Assembly (NCBI GenBank): GCA_041576235.1
Contig: JBFGLJ010000002.1
Location: 1 to 47,499, forward strand
DNA: 47,499 nt
Direction of reading: 5' to 3'
Source of the DNA: Gemmatimonadales bacterium
GTDB lineage: Bacteria; Gemmatimonadota; Gemmatimonadetes; Gemmatimonadales; GWC2-71-9
Made by a program: the position numbers and the translations under genes. The notes beneath the pieces were generated by a model. It was not told the DNA's origin and did no database searches. It worked only from the letters and a program-made list of their open reading frames with translations. This document shows, in pieces, positions 1 to 8,808 of the stretch. How positions within the stretch are numbered: position 1 is the stretch's first letter; every line of letters begins with the position of its first letter.

Positions 1-172
1 CGCCCCCGCCCGGCTGGGCGAGCGCCGGGAAGTTCCGCACCGCGAGCCGGACCTTCCCTCCTACCGGCATCACGGGCGTCGCGACCAGCGATGAGCAACC
101 CGCCAGCACGCCGGCCAACGCACCGGCGCCCAGCACCACGAACTCCCGCCGGTCGATCGCCCGGGCACTCAT
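1..172 (-). CDS. Tat-signal lipoprotein, N-terminal part only (gene runs off the left edge); possibly Rieske-type
   Basis: ATG at 172-170 overlaps the stop of the upstream gene (ATGA). My translation of the minus strand reads MSARAIDRREFVVLGAGALAGVLAGCSS..., a twin-arginine-like motif plus lipobox. It is absent from the ORF track because there is no stop in the window. Confidence 0.5.
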   Translation of the reverse strand, partial: MSARAIDRREFVVLGAGALAGVLAGCSSLVATPVMPVGGKVRLAVRNFPALAQPGGG

Positions 173-1386
173 CGCGAACCCACGAAATCGAGGAGGTCGG
201 CGCGGTCGCCGGCGTCGAGCGCGGCGAATTTGTCCCTCGCCGCTTGCGCCTCACCGCCGTGGAGGAGAATCGCCTCCTCGATGGTGCGCGCCCGGCCGTC
301 GTGAAGCAGGAAGGCGTCGCCGTTCAAGAACTCCCGCATCAGCCGGAGACCCCAGAGCGGTGTGGTGCGCCACTCCCGTCCGTTGGCGCTCCCGTCGGGG
401 CGGTTGTCGGCGAGGCCGTCCCCCATGTCGTGCAGCAACAGGTCTGAGTAGAGCACGACCGGCTTGTTCGAGAGCGCCGCGATGGCGTTGGGCCCGGTCA
501 TGAGCTGCGGCACATGGCAGCCCGCGCAGCCGACCTGGAGGAACCGGTCGCGCCCCCGCATTCGGGCGGGCGTGTCGGGTCCCGGCGCCGGCGGAGCCAG
601 GGTGCGGATGTAATGCACCACCGCCCGTACCGTCGATTGAGGGATCTCGGGATCCGGCGCGTGATCGGCCGCATCGGTGGGGGTCGACGCCAGGGGGTTC
701 ACGTTCTCGACCGGCAGGAGGTCCGAGGTCACCCCGATGTCCTGGTGATAGGCCTCGACGGTCTGCTGCAGCAGGCTCGAGACCTGCGCCTTCCGTGAGA
801 ATCGGCCCAGCTGGAGCCCCCCCCCGCCCCCGGGTTCGGTGGCCGGAACGAATCCGGCCGGGGTGACCCAGTTGGGCCGCCCCGAGATCCCATCCCCGTC
901 GGCGTCCGTCTCGTCGGCCAGAGCGAGGATGGTCGCCACCGGAATGGCTTCGATGAGCCCCACGCCGAATACCGGGGGCGGAAGCCGCACCGACACCTCG
1001 ACCCCCGACGGCAGCGCTTCGGCCTGGGCGCCGGCGATGGCCTTGTCTTGAAGTTGGGGCCCGCCCAGTTCGGGGACCTGCACCCCACCCTGGCTGAACC
1101 GGGTGAGGGCGTTTTCGACCCGGCCGCGCCCGTCGCCGCTGTGGCAGGCGGCACAGGAGACGTTATTGAAGATGGGCCCCAGGCCCTCGGCGGGAGCAAA
1201 CGCCCGCCCGAATTCCTGATCCCCGCGTACGAAGGCGGCCAGTTCCTCGGCGGTGAGCCCGGGAAGCGGCCCGTCGAAGATGTCTCCATCCGCCGGCGCT
1301 TCGGTGGTGAGGTCCGAGCAGGCAGCCGCCATCGCCAGGAAGCCGGCCAGCACCAGCCGGCTAGCGCGCGCCCCAAGTGGACTCAT
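169..1386 (-). CDS. di-heme c-type cytochrome, DUF1111 / putative thiol oxidoreductase-peroxidase family, lipoprotein
   Basis: Two CxxCH heme motifs (CAACH, CAGCH) and a lipobox LAMAAAC. I chose the internal ATG at 1386, which overlaps the upstream stop as ATGA, rather than the ORF-track start at 1419. Confidence 0.85.
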   Translation of the reverse strand: MSPLGARASRLVLAGFLAMAAACSDLTTEAPADGDIFDGPLPGLTAEELAAFVRGDQEFGRAFAPAEGLGPIFNNVSCAACHSGDGRGRVENALTRFSQGGVQVPELGGPQLQDKAIAGAQAEALPSGVEVSVRLPPPVFGVGLIEAIPVATILALADETDADGDGISGRPNWVTPAGFVPATEPGGGGGLQLGRFSRKAQVSSLLQQTVEAYHQDIGVTSDLLPVENVNPLASTPTDAADHAPDPEIPQSTVRAVVHYIRTLAPPAPGPDTPARMRGRDRFLQVGCAGCHVPQLMTGPNAIAALSNKPVVLYSDLLLHDMGDGLADNRPDGSANGREWRTTPLWGLRLMREFLNGDAFLLHDGRARTIEEAILLHGGEAQAARDKFAALDAGDRADLLDFVGSR

Positions 1387-2132
1387 GCGATCTGGTCTCC
1401 GTCGCTGGTTCGCCGGCACAGGAGGAGCGCTGCCAGTTCATGGCCCAGTATTCTGTCCTTGTAGCCGACGCGGACGGTGGTCGGCCCGTGGAACGGCTGG
1501 CGGTCCAACACGTACAGCGTGCTGCCCGGTTTGAGGCCGAGCTTGGCCAAATAGCGGAGCCGTTCCGGCTCGCTCGTCATGACCCGCAGCACCTCGACCG
1601 CGGAATTCAGCGGTACCTCGGAGAGTGGAATGGTCTCGACCTCGGTCATCGACCCATCGGCCTGGGGAATGGGATCGCCGTGCGGGTCGAAGGCCGGGTT
1701 GCCCAGGGTCAGCGCCATCCGTTCGATCAGGGATTCCGAGACGGCGTGCTCGAGGCGCTCTGCCTCGGGGTGCACCGAATCCCAGGCGTAGCCGAGCTTC
1801 TCGACCAAGTAGGTCTCGATGATTCGATGGCGGCGCAGCGTCCGGAGCGCCGCCCGCCGCCCCGCCGCGGTCAGCTCCACTCCCTTGTAGGGGATGTGCT
1901 CGAGGAGTCCCAGCTCGGACAGTCGCTTGACCATGCCGCTGACCGACGGGGCGGAGAAATTCAACCACTCGGCGATGTCGCTGGTGGCCACCGGGCCGCC
2001 GTCCTGGGACAGGCGAAAGATTGCCTTGAGGTAGTCTTCGACCGAGGCGGTGAGGCGCGGGGGCCGCTTGGGCGGGGTGCCTGGGGTTCTCGGGGGCCCA
2101 GGGGGCGAGGACGTGGGCTGGGGCGGGTGCAT
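1383..2132 (-). CDS. DtxR/MntR-family metal-dependent transcriptional repressor with C-terminal FeoA/SH3-like domain
   Basis: SVEDYLKAIFRL... winged-helix region, the typical metal-site region HPEAERLEHAVSE, and a C-terminal SH3-like segment. The Pro-rich N-terminal 25 aa make the true start uncertain. Confidence 0.88.
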   Translation of the reverse strand: MHPPQPTSSPPGPPRTPGTPPKRPPRLTASVEDYLKAIFRLSQDGGPVATSDIAEWLNFSAPSVSGMVKRLSELGLLEHIPYKGVELTAAGRRAALRTLRRHRIIETYLVEKLGYAWDSVHPEAERLEHAVSESLIERMALTLGNPAFDPHGDPIPQADGSMTEVETIPLSEVPLNSAVEVLRVMTSEPERLRYLAKLGLKPGSTLYVLDRQPFHGPTTVRVGYKDRILGHELAALLLCRRTSDGDQIA

Positions 2133-2143
2133 AAGCGCTCAAC

Positions 2144-2161
2144 AATTAGGCGGACCTAATT
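2144..2161. promoter_or_regulatory. palindromic DtxR-type operator candidate AATTAGG-CGGA-CCTAATT
   Basis: Perfect 7-bp inverted repeat with a 4-bp spacer, 12 nt upstream of the repressor start codon. Its TTAGG...CCTAA arms match the ends of the DtxR box consensus. Confidence 0.6.
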
Positions 2162-2368
2162 CTATGATATGCTCGCCCTAAAAGCAAGGGTCGGGCGGCG
2201 ACGCGCTCGACCCGCCCGGTCGCGGGCGTCCCCGCACCCCAGGCCCAAGCGGCAGCGTTTCAAGCGGTTACGCCCCTAGGTGCGCGGCTGGCGCCGCCAT
2301 ACGTCCGCCGATAGCCACGGTGCACCGGGGGGGGGAGCTTCTGTGCCGACCGGCTCCGAAGCGCCGCT

Positions 2369-2821
2369 GTGCGGGCCGGCAGCGGAACCCTGGCCACCGA
2401 CTTCGCGCTCAGCATCGAGTCGCGGCTGGCTCATAGCGCCGGGCGACTCGAGCAAGCCCTCGATCTCATCGAGCAGATCCGGAGCGAGATATTCTACCAG
2501 GGCACGCTCACCTCACCCCTCAGAGCGGCAGCGTTTGAACGCTCTTGGCGAGCGGAGCTCCTGAACGAGGCAGGGCGCGACGAAGCCTTGGCGTGGTATG
2601 GGCAGTTAGCTAATCTCTCGGTGTACGAGTTGGTGTACTTGCCCATTTCGTATCTGCGCCGGGCCGAGATCCACAACCGGGCGGGCCTGCACGCCAACGC
2701 CTTGGAACCCTGCACCGCGTTCGTCGACCTCTGGCGAGAGGCCGATGAGCCACTTCAGCCGCTCGTCCGAGATGCGAAAGAGCGCATCGCGCAGCTGTCG
2801 AGCGAACTCAACTCCAATTAG
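2369..2821 (+). CDS. TPR-like helical protein, possibly an orphan C-terminal fragment
   Basis: 150-aa ORF with a GTG start and helical-repeat-like sequence (ALAWYGQLANL..., RRAEIHNRAGLHANALE). Its frame is closed by TAG at 2312, so there is no longer upstream extension. Confidence 0.4.
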   Translation: MRAGSGTLATDFALSIESRLAHSAGRLEQALDLIEQIRSEIFYQGTLTSPLRAAAFERSWRAELLNEAGRDEALAWYGQLANLSVYELVYLPISYLRRAEIHNRAGLHANALEPCTAFVDLWREADEPLQPLVRDAKERIAQLSSELNSN

Positions 2822-2850
2822 CCTAGCGCCACCGGGCAAGGAGGAACGTC

Positions 2851-3267
2851 ATGGCCACGAGAACCAAGAAGGTCACCTACTGCTACCTCAAGGTTCCGAG
2901 TCGCGCAGGGCAAGGTGCCAAGGTGTTGGCCGCCATCAATGCGGCCGGCGTCGACCTCCTCATGTACAGCGGATTTCCCATCGGCGGCGGCAAGGCCCAG
3001 CTCGATTTCGTGGCGCGGGATATGGGCGCGCTGCGCCGCGTGGCCCGGCACGAGGGCTGGCGGTTGAGCAAGAACAAGAAGGCGTTCTTGATCCAGGGTG
3101 ACGACAAACCGGGCGCGGTGTATCGCATCGTGGATCGTCTGGCCAAGCGCGGGATCAACATCACCGCGGCGCAAGCCATCGCCGCCGGCGGTGGGCGGTT
3201 CGGCATGATCATCTGGGTCAACCAGAAGGTGTACGGGAGGGCGGCCCGAGCATTGAATGCCAAATAG
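2851..3267 (+). CDS. ACT-domain-like small regulatory protein
   Basis: Strong SD (AAGGAGG) 6 nt upstream of the ATG. Two beta-alpha-beta-beta-alpha-beta-like halves (VTYCYLKVPSRAGQGAKVLAAINAAGVDL; AFLIQGDDKPGAVYRIVDRLAKRGINI). Confidence 0.6.
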   Translation: MATRTKKVTYCYLKVPSRAGQGAKVLAAINAAGVDLLMYSGFPIGGGKAQLDFVARDMGALRRVARHEGWRLSKNKKAFLIQGDDKPGAVYRIVDRLAKRGINITAAQAIAAGGGRFGMIIWVNQKVYGRAARALNAK

Positions 3268-3419
3268 CGATGTGTTGGCGCCGGGATCGACCGCCGCCTA
3301 TTCTAAAGGTGGCCCTCAGACCATGGGGCCACCGGAGACGGCGGGTGCGGCTGGCGGGCGAGCCCGGGGAGGGCTGATGCCGTCTGGTGGCCCACGAGAG
3401 GGAGTGATATAGTAGCTCC

Positions 3420-4256
3420 ATGGGAGAGACCTTCGAGGTCGACGCCTTCGGACTGACGGACCGAGGCAAGGTTCGGGACGAGAACGAGGATCAATTCCTC
3501 GTCGGCGGGATTCACAAGGCGATCGACATCACCCAGACCAGCCTCCACAAGCGCGAACAGGCCAAGCTCTTGGGAGGCCGGCTCGGCGCGCTCATGGTGG
3601 TCGCCGACGGAGTGGGCGGGGCCGCCGCGGGAGCCCAAGCCAGCGGGGTGGCCGTCGATACGCTGGTGTCATACATCACCTACACCATGCCATGCTTCTT
3701 CCACTTCGCCGACCACAGCGCCGGCGACGTGTTGAAGGAGATCACGACGGCCTTCGAGAAGACACACGAAAAGGTGCTGGCCGAATCGCAGACGAGTGGC
3801 AGCCAAGGCATGGCCACGACCCTCACCATGGCCTACGTGCTGTGGCCGCGGGCCTTCATCGTCCAGGTCGGCGATAGCCGCCTCTATCTGTTGCGCGACG
3901 GCTTGCTGGACCAGATCACCCGGGACCAAACGATGGCCGAGGACCTGGTCGACCAAGGAATCCTCAAGCCGGAATTGGCCGAGAAATCCCGCTGGAGCAA
4001 CATCCTGTCGAGCGCAGTGGGGGGGCGCGATCGCGCGCTCGATCCGGTGCTCTACGATCTCGGCCTCAAGGCCGAGGATGTGATCATGCTCTGCAGCGAT
4101 GGGCTCACCAAGCACGTGTCGAATGACCAGATCGGTGAAATGCTCGGGCAAAGCGGGTCCGCTGAGCAGGCCTGCCGGGACCTCGTCGCCGCCGCGCTCG
4201 ATGGTGGCGGCAGTGACAACATCACGGTGGTGGTAGCGAAGTTCCCGACGCAGTAA
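3420..4256 (+). CDS. PP2C-family Ser/Thr protein phosphatase
   Basis: Motifs GLTDRGKVRDENEDQF, VADGVGG, DGGGSDNITVVV. Confidence 0.9.
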   Translation: MGETFEVDAFGLTDRGKVRDENEDQFLVGGIHKAIDITQTSLHKREQAKLLGGRLGALMVVADGVGGAAAGAQASGVAVDTLVSYITYTMPCFFHFADHSAGDVLKEITTAFEKTHEKVLAESQTSGSQGMATTLTMAYVLWPRAFIVQVGDSRLYLLRDGLLDQITRDQTMAEDLVDQGILKPELAEKSRWSNILSSAVGGRDRALDPVLYDLGLKAEDVIMLCSDGLTKHVSNDQIGEMLGQSGSAEQACRDLVAAALDGGGSDNITVVVAKFPTQ

Positions 4257-4356
4257 TCACACGTTCTCCTCCCAGGACCCTCCTGGCCCGTCTCATGCGA
4301 ACCATCAAAGAACCTGTCGCCACGTCACCCCTGACCAACGTAGGAGCCTGTTAGCC

Positions 4357-5709
4357 ATGTCCGACGCCGTTGCCTCGGAGATCAGCCGATTCATGCGGGG
4401 TCTCAAGCGCCGCAACACCAACGAGCCTGAGTTCCACCAGGCGGTGCTCGAGGTGGTCGAGTCGGTTATGCCGTTCGTGCTCGAGCACCGCAAATACAAA
4501 GATGATTTCATCCTCGAGCGGATGACCGAGCCGGACCGCATCGTCATCTTCCGCGTGACCTGGGAGGACGACCGTGGCCGGGTTCATGCCAACCGCGCCT
4601 GGCGGGTCCAGTTCAACAACGCCATCGGCCCGTACAAGGGCGGCTTGCGCTTTCACCCCTCGGTGTCGTTGAGCGTCCTCAAGTTCCTGGGCTTCGAGCA
4701 GGTCTTCAAGAACAGCCTCACAGGGTTACCCATGGGGGGGGCGAAGGGGGGCGCAAACTTCGATCCGAAAGGCAAGTCCGATCGGGAAGTGATGCGCTTC
4801 TGCCAGTCGCTCATGATCGAATTGCATCGACACATCGGCGATTACACCGACGTCCCGGCCGGGGACATCGGTGTCGGCCCGCGCGAGATCAGCTACATGT
4901 TCGGGCAATACAAGCGCATGGAGAATATTTTCGCGGGCATTCTCACCGGGAAGGCCTTGAGCTTCGGCGGCAGTCTCATTCGCAAGCAGGCGACCGGCTA
5001 CGGTGCGGTCTATTTCATGGAGGACATGCTCGCCAGCCGAGGCGAAAGCGTTGCCGGCAAGCGCTGCGTGGTGTCGGGGTCTGGAAACGTGGCGCTCTAC
5101 ACGATCGAGAAACTGAATCAACTCGGCGCTACGGTCGTCGCGGCGTCGGATTCAGGTGGGTTCGTGTATGACAAGGACGGCATCGTAGAGGAAAAGCTCG
5201 AGTGGCTCAAGGAACTCAAGGAGGTGAAGCGGGGCCGCATCAATGAGTACGCCGACAAATTCGGGGCCGCGTTTCATGCGGGGCAGCGGCCGTGGAGCGT
5301 ACCGTGCCAGCTGGCCTTCCCGTCCGCCACCGAGAACGAACTCGACGTGGAAGCGGCCCGCGACCTCGTCGAGAACGGCGTGGTGGGCGTCGCGGAAGGC
5401 GCCAACATGCCTACGACGATCAACGGACTCCGGACGTTTCTCGATGCGCAGATCCTGTTTGCGCCGGCCAAGGCCGCGAACGCCGGCGGGGTAGCAGTCT
5501 CGGGTCTGGAGCAGAGCCAAAACGCGCAGCGCATCAGTTGGTCATCCGACGAGGTGGACAGCCGGCTCCGCGAGATCATGGGGAGTATTCACGCCCGCTG
5601 CCTGAAATACGGCAGGGAGAAGAACGGCTTCGTCAACTACGTGAAGGGAGCGAACTTGGCGGCGTTCGTCAAAGTCGCCGATGCCATGCTGGCGCAAGGC
5701 CTCTTCTAG
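4357..5709 (+). CDS. gdhA: NADP-specific glutamate dehydrogenase
   Basis: KGGLRFHPSV..LKFLGFEQVFKNSLTGLPMGGAKGG signature, dinucleotide fold GSGNVALY, 450 aa. Confidence 0.95.
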   Translation: MSDAVASEISRFMRGLKRRNTNEPEFHQAVLEVVESVMPFVLEHRKYKDDFILERMTEPDRIVIFRVTWEDDRGRVHANRAWRVQFNNAIGPYKGGLRFHPSVSLSVLKFLGFEQVFKNSLTGLPMGGAKGGANFDPKGKSDREVMRFCQSLMIELHRHIGDYTDVPAGDIGVGPREISYMFGQYKRMENIFAGILTGKALSFGGSLIRKQATGYGAVYFMEDMLASRGESVAGKRCVVSGSGNVALYTIEKLNQLGATVVAASDSGGFVYDKDGIVEEKLEWLKELKEVKRGRINEYADKFGAAFHAGQRPWSVPCQLAFPSATENELDVEAARDLVENGVVGVAEGANMPTTINGLRTFLDAQILFAPAKAANAGGVAVSGLEQSQNAQRISWSSDEVDSRLREIMGSIHARCLKYGREKNGFVNYVKGANLAAFVKVADAMLAQGLF

Positions 5710-6332
5710 CGGGGCTCCGCATCGTCCGACACGAGCGCCAAGAGCGGCGTCACGATGCGCTCGGTCATGCCCCACACGATGTCGCCCCCCTCACCCTCCT
5801 TCGCCCCCTGCCCCTCGCGTCCCACCCGGTAGCCGGGGTACACCCGTTCCACCGAGCCGGCATGCATGGTCAACCGGACCCACACCTCCGGCCGCAGCAT
5901 GTCCGCCACCGGCGCCCATATCGCCGCCACGGCCTCGTGATTGAGCGCGATCGCCGGGCGGCTGTCCAGCGCGAATACGAACGGCCGCACCATGATCGGT
6001 GGGAGACGGGTCCGGCGCGTCGCCACGTCGTCGAGCGCGCCCAAGAGCTCGGTGGAGGCGAGGGGAATCCCCACCTCCTCGAGCGTCTCCCGAGCGGCCG
6101 TAGCCAGGAGACCGGCATCCCCCGGATCGCTCCGGCCCCCCGGAAACGACACGTGTCCCGACCACGGATCGCCGGCGCGCTCGGCACGCTTGATGAAGAG
6201 AATGGCATCGGGGTCGGGAGCGAACAGCACTGCAACCGCGGCTTGGATCAAGGCGTCGTCGTCTTCGGTGCGCGGGGCCCGCTCCCTGAGACGCCGGGCC
6301 AGGCGGGCCTGCAAGGGGGTCAGGGAGCTCAC
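5706..6332 (-). CDS. NUDIX hydrolase (CoA pyrophosphatase-like)
   Basis: Nudix box GGRSDPGDAGLLATAARETLEEVGI. GTG start at 6332 overlaps the upstream stop as GTGA. Its stop shares the CTAG palindrome with the gdhA stop. Confidence 0.8.
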   Translation of the reverse strand: MSSLTPLQARLARRLRERAPRTEDDDALIQAAVAVLFAPDPDAILFIKRAERAGDPWSGHVSFPGGRSDPGDAGLLATAARETLEEVGIPLASTELLGALDDVATRRTRLPPIMVRPFVFALDSRPAIALNHEAVAAIWAPVADMLRPEVWVRLTMHAGSVERVYPGYRVGREGQGAKEGEGGDIVWGMTERIVTPLLALVSDDAEPR

Positions 6333-7207
6333 GCCAGGTACCGGCTCATCCAATTCACCGTCCCGTCGATGGCCCGGTCGAGTTCGAGGGTCACCCCGCG
6401 AAACGGATGCACGGCGCCGAAGGTGTGCCCGGCACCCTCGATCCCAAGCAGCTGGATGCTCTCGCTTCTGCCCGCCCCCCCTGCCTCGGCGAGCGACTGC
6501 GCCTCCCGGGGATCCACCGTCTCGTCCTGGGTCCCGTGCACGATCAGCCACGGCGCCGCCACCTTGGCGGCCGCAGCACCGATATCCAGCTCGTCCCCCG
6601 TGCCCGACGCGGCGTTCTGTTCGAGATCATCCAAGACGTCGGCATAGAGAGGAAGCACCTGGCCGGTCCTGGCGTTCACCACGTCCAGCTTACCTTCGCT
6701 GCGCCATTGCTTGAGCTCCGATCGCGACCACCGATGGAACGTGCTCACGGCCGACCAGGTCACCAGCGCACCCAGCTCGGGGTCCGATGCCGCGCGCAGC
6801 ACCGATAGGCCGCCACCGCGCGAGTGTCCGAAGAGGCCGAGGCTGGTCGGCGCCGGGACGCCGAGTTCTCCGGCGCGCAGCGCCTCGATCACGGCATCCA
6901 AGTCCTGCAGATCCCCGGAGAAGGTCGCGTGGCCAAAGCGCTCCGGAAAGCTGAACTCGCCATCGTCATCGACCCCACTGCCACTCAGGTTGAACGACAC
7001 CGCCGTCATCCCCGCCTTGGCAAGCCGCTCGGCGAGGACCGGAAACATTCCCCAGTCCTTGAACCCCTTGAAGCCGTGCAACACCACCACCGCGGGCCGC
7101 GCCGGCTTCCCCTTCCCGGCCGCGGCGCGCGCGCCGGAGCGGACGTCGATGAGAATGGGCCCCAGGACGCCGGGGATCGAATGCTTGGTGAGCGAAGGAG
7201 TAGACAT
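6329..7207 (-). CDS. alpha/beta hydrolase (dienelactone hydrolase / S9-like)
   Basis: Nucleophile elbow GHSRGG, VVLHGFKG, and C-terminal GAGHTF. Start taken at the internal ATG 7207 (MSTPSLTK...); the upstream Arg/Gly-rich extension of the ORF is implausible. Confidence 0.8.
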   Translation of the reverse strand: MSTPSLTKHSIPGVLGPILIDVRSGARAAAGKGKPARPAVVVLHGFKGFKDWGMFPVLAERLAKAGMTAVSFNLSGSGVDDDGEFSFPERFGHATFSGDLQDLDAVIEALRAGELGVPAPTSLGLFGHSRGGGLSVLRAASDPELGALVTWSAVSTFHRWSRSELKQWRSEGKLDVVNARTGQVLPLYADVLDDLEQNAASGTGDELDIGAAAAKVAAPWLIVHGTQDETVDPREAQSLAEAGGAGRSESIQLLGIEGAGHTFGAVHPFRGVTLELDRAIDGTVNWMSRYLA

Positions 7208-7209
7208 GG

Positions 7210-7230
7210 GAGACGTGAGTCGTGAGTCGT
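7210..7230 (+). repeat. heptamer tract 1: GAGACGT GAGTCGT GAGTCGT
   Basis: 3 tandem 7-bp units in the 35-bp spacer between two minus-strand genes. Same unit as tracts at 9935, 10452 (inverted) and 10797. Confidence 0.8.
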
Positions 7231-7242
7231 TGGAAAGCTGGC

Positions 7243-8181
7243 TCAGCACACGGCCGGCTCGAGAATCGTAAGGGTGCCGGCGGTGGCGTCGAGTCGTGCC
7301 GGCACCCCCAGCGGCAGGGTCCACTGATCGTCGACATGGCCGATCGGGAATCCCGCCGCGACCGGGACTCCCAGCGGTCCGAAGGAGGTCTGCAGAATCT
7401 GGTCGATGCGCAACGCCGGAGCGTCGGAGGCCGGCTCGCGGAGGCCGAGCTGCCCCACGACGACGCCGCTCAACCCGTCGAACGCCCCTACCATGCGAAG
7501 ATGGGCCAGCATGCGATCGATCCGGTAGGCGTCCTCCGCCACGTCTTCGAGAAAGAGCAGCGCGCCGTCGAGGTCCGGAAAATAAGGGGTCCCCACCAGG
7601 CACTGGAGCAGCGAGAGGTTGCCGCCGAGAAGCGGTCCCGTGGCCACACCACTGCGGAGCGTGGTGGGACGGCAAGACGATGACAAATTCAACGGCACCG
7701 CCGGACTCGCCGGCTCGGTCGTGAGGCGCTCCAGGTGCTCGCGGCTGAAGGGCGTCGGCGCCTCCCGCGCGATGGGACCATGGAAGGTCACGACCGCGGT
7801 GATCCGCGTCACGGCGTTCAAGAGTGCTGTGATGTCAGAATACCCGACCAGCACCTTGGGGCTCCGGCCAAACGCATCGAAGTCTACGTGCTCGAGGATC
7901 CGGGTCACGCCGAACCCGCCTCTCAGGCACCAGATGCCGTCGACGGCCGGGTCCCGGATGGCGGCGTTCACATCGGCCAACCGCTCGTCATCCGTGCCAG
8001 CCAGGTACCCGTACTTCTTGCCGGCGTTGGGTCCCACTTCGGGGTGCCAACCCAGCGCGCGGCACGCCTCTTCCGCGCACGTGATATCGGTCGCGTCGCG
8101 CAGCACACCGGCCGGAGCCACTAACCTGATGCGGCTCCCTCGCTTAAGCCCCTTTGGACGGGTGAGTGTCTTTGACCCCAC
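7243..8181 (-). CDS. ldcA: LD-carboxypeptidase (peptidase S66, muramoyl-tetrapeptide carboxypeptidase)
   Basis: IRLVAPAG, GYLAGTDDERLADVNAA, GYSDITAL, conserved C-terminal GHV. Start set at in-frame GTG 8181 because the longer ORF overlaps the divergent gene; the start is uncertain. Confidence 0.78.
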   Translation of the reverse strand: MGSKTLTRPKGLKRGSRIRLVAPAGVLRDATDITCAEEACRALGWHPEVGPNAGKKYGYLAGTDDERLADVNAAIRDPAVDGIWCLRGGFGVTRILEHVDFDAFGRSPKVLVGYSDITALLNAVTRITAVVTFHGPIAREAPTPFSREHLERLTTEPASPAVPLNLSSSCRPTTLRSGVATGPLLGGNLSLLQCLVGTPYFPDLDGALLFLEDVAEDAYRIDRMLAHLRMVGAFDGLSGVVVGQLGLREPASDAPALRIDQILQTSFGPLGVPVAAGFPIGHVDDQWTLPLGVPARLDATAGTLTILEPAVC

Positions 8182-8276
8182 TGGACCCCCGCACTTACAT
8201 TTCCCGCGCTCAACCTTCTGCTCGGAGAATCGCGCTGCGCGCTTCCCATCCCACCTTGCTCGTCGCCGGCCGCGCC

Positions 8277-8792
8277 ATGGCCGAGGCGCGAGATGAATTG
8301 GTCCAGGAATGGGCCGACTGGCTGGGCGATCGGATGACCGCCTCCACCACAATACCCCGTTCCCTGGTCGAGCGGGAGCTTCGGTTGATCATCGACATCA
8401 TGGTGCAGCTGGTCGGTCCCTACCGTCGCGAAGCGAAGGCCGTGTGGGAGAAGGTCTGCGACCACTACGGACGAACGGCCGCCGCCCGCGGGCTCGCAGC
8501 GGGTGAAGTGGTCGAGGAGATCCAGTACCTCCGCGAACTCATGACCCGACGGCTGGCGCCCATCGTCGCCGCCATGCGCGCCCGGCAAAGCATGGCGATG
8601 TTGCTCCATCTCAACCGGGCGCTCGATCAGGGCATCGCCGCGGCCGTAGTGGGCTACACCGACGCGCTGGTGGCGACCATGTTCAGCCAGAACGGCGTCC
8701 CCGCCCCGGACACCGAGTTCGACGCGGCCGACGTCGAGAAACAGCTGGGCACCATCGAAGACCTCCTGGCCACGGTCATCGGGCCCAGCTGA
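8277..8792 (+). CDS. hypothetical all-helical cytoplasmic protein
   Basis: Internal ATG at 8277 (MAEARDELVQEW...), coding-like composition, no motif recognised. Confidence 0.5.
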   Translation: MAEARDELVQEWADWLGDRMTASTTIPRSLVERELRLIIDIMVQLVGPYRREAKAVWEKVCDHYGRTAAARGLAAGEVVEEIQYLRELMTRRLAPIVAAMRARQSMAMLLHLNRALDQGIAAAVVGYTDALVATMFSQNGVPAPDTEFDAADVEKQLGTIEDLLATVIGPS

Positions 8793-8808
8793 TCTCCTTT
8801 CCCATCCG

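Noticed and set aside
817-831. Homopolymer runs (C9+C5 at 817-831; G9 at 33549-33557; G8 in gdhA near 4735) as phase-variation switches
   Set aside because: They encode Gly or Pro runs in frame within intact genes and are expected by composition in ~70% GC DNA. They are worth remembering as sequencing-error hotspots only.
2280-2564. Possible frameshift at the G9 run (2327-2335) fusing ORF 2280 to the TPR-like ORF 2369
   Set aside because: A one-base slip would add only ~30 low-complexity residues. It would not restore a plausible full-length protein, so there is no evidence of a genuine programmed or phase-variable frameshift.
5292-6647. 451-aa + strand ORF spanning the gdhA 3' end and the NUDIX / hydrolase region
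   Set aside because: Out of frame with gdhA and antisense to two motif-bearing genes. Arg-rich shadow ORF.
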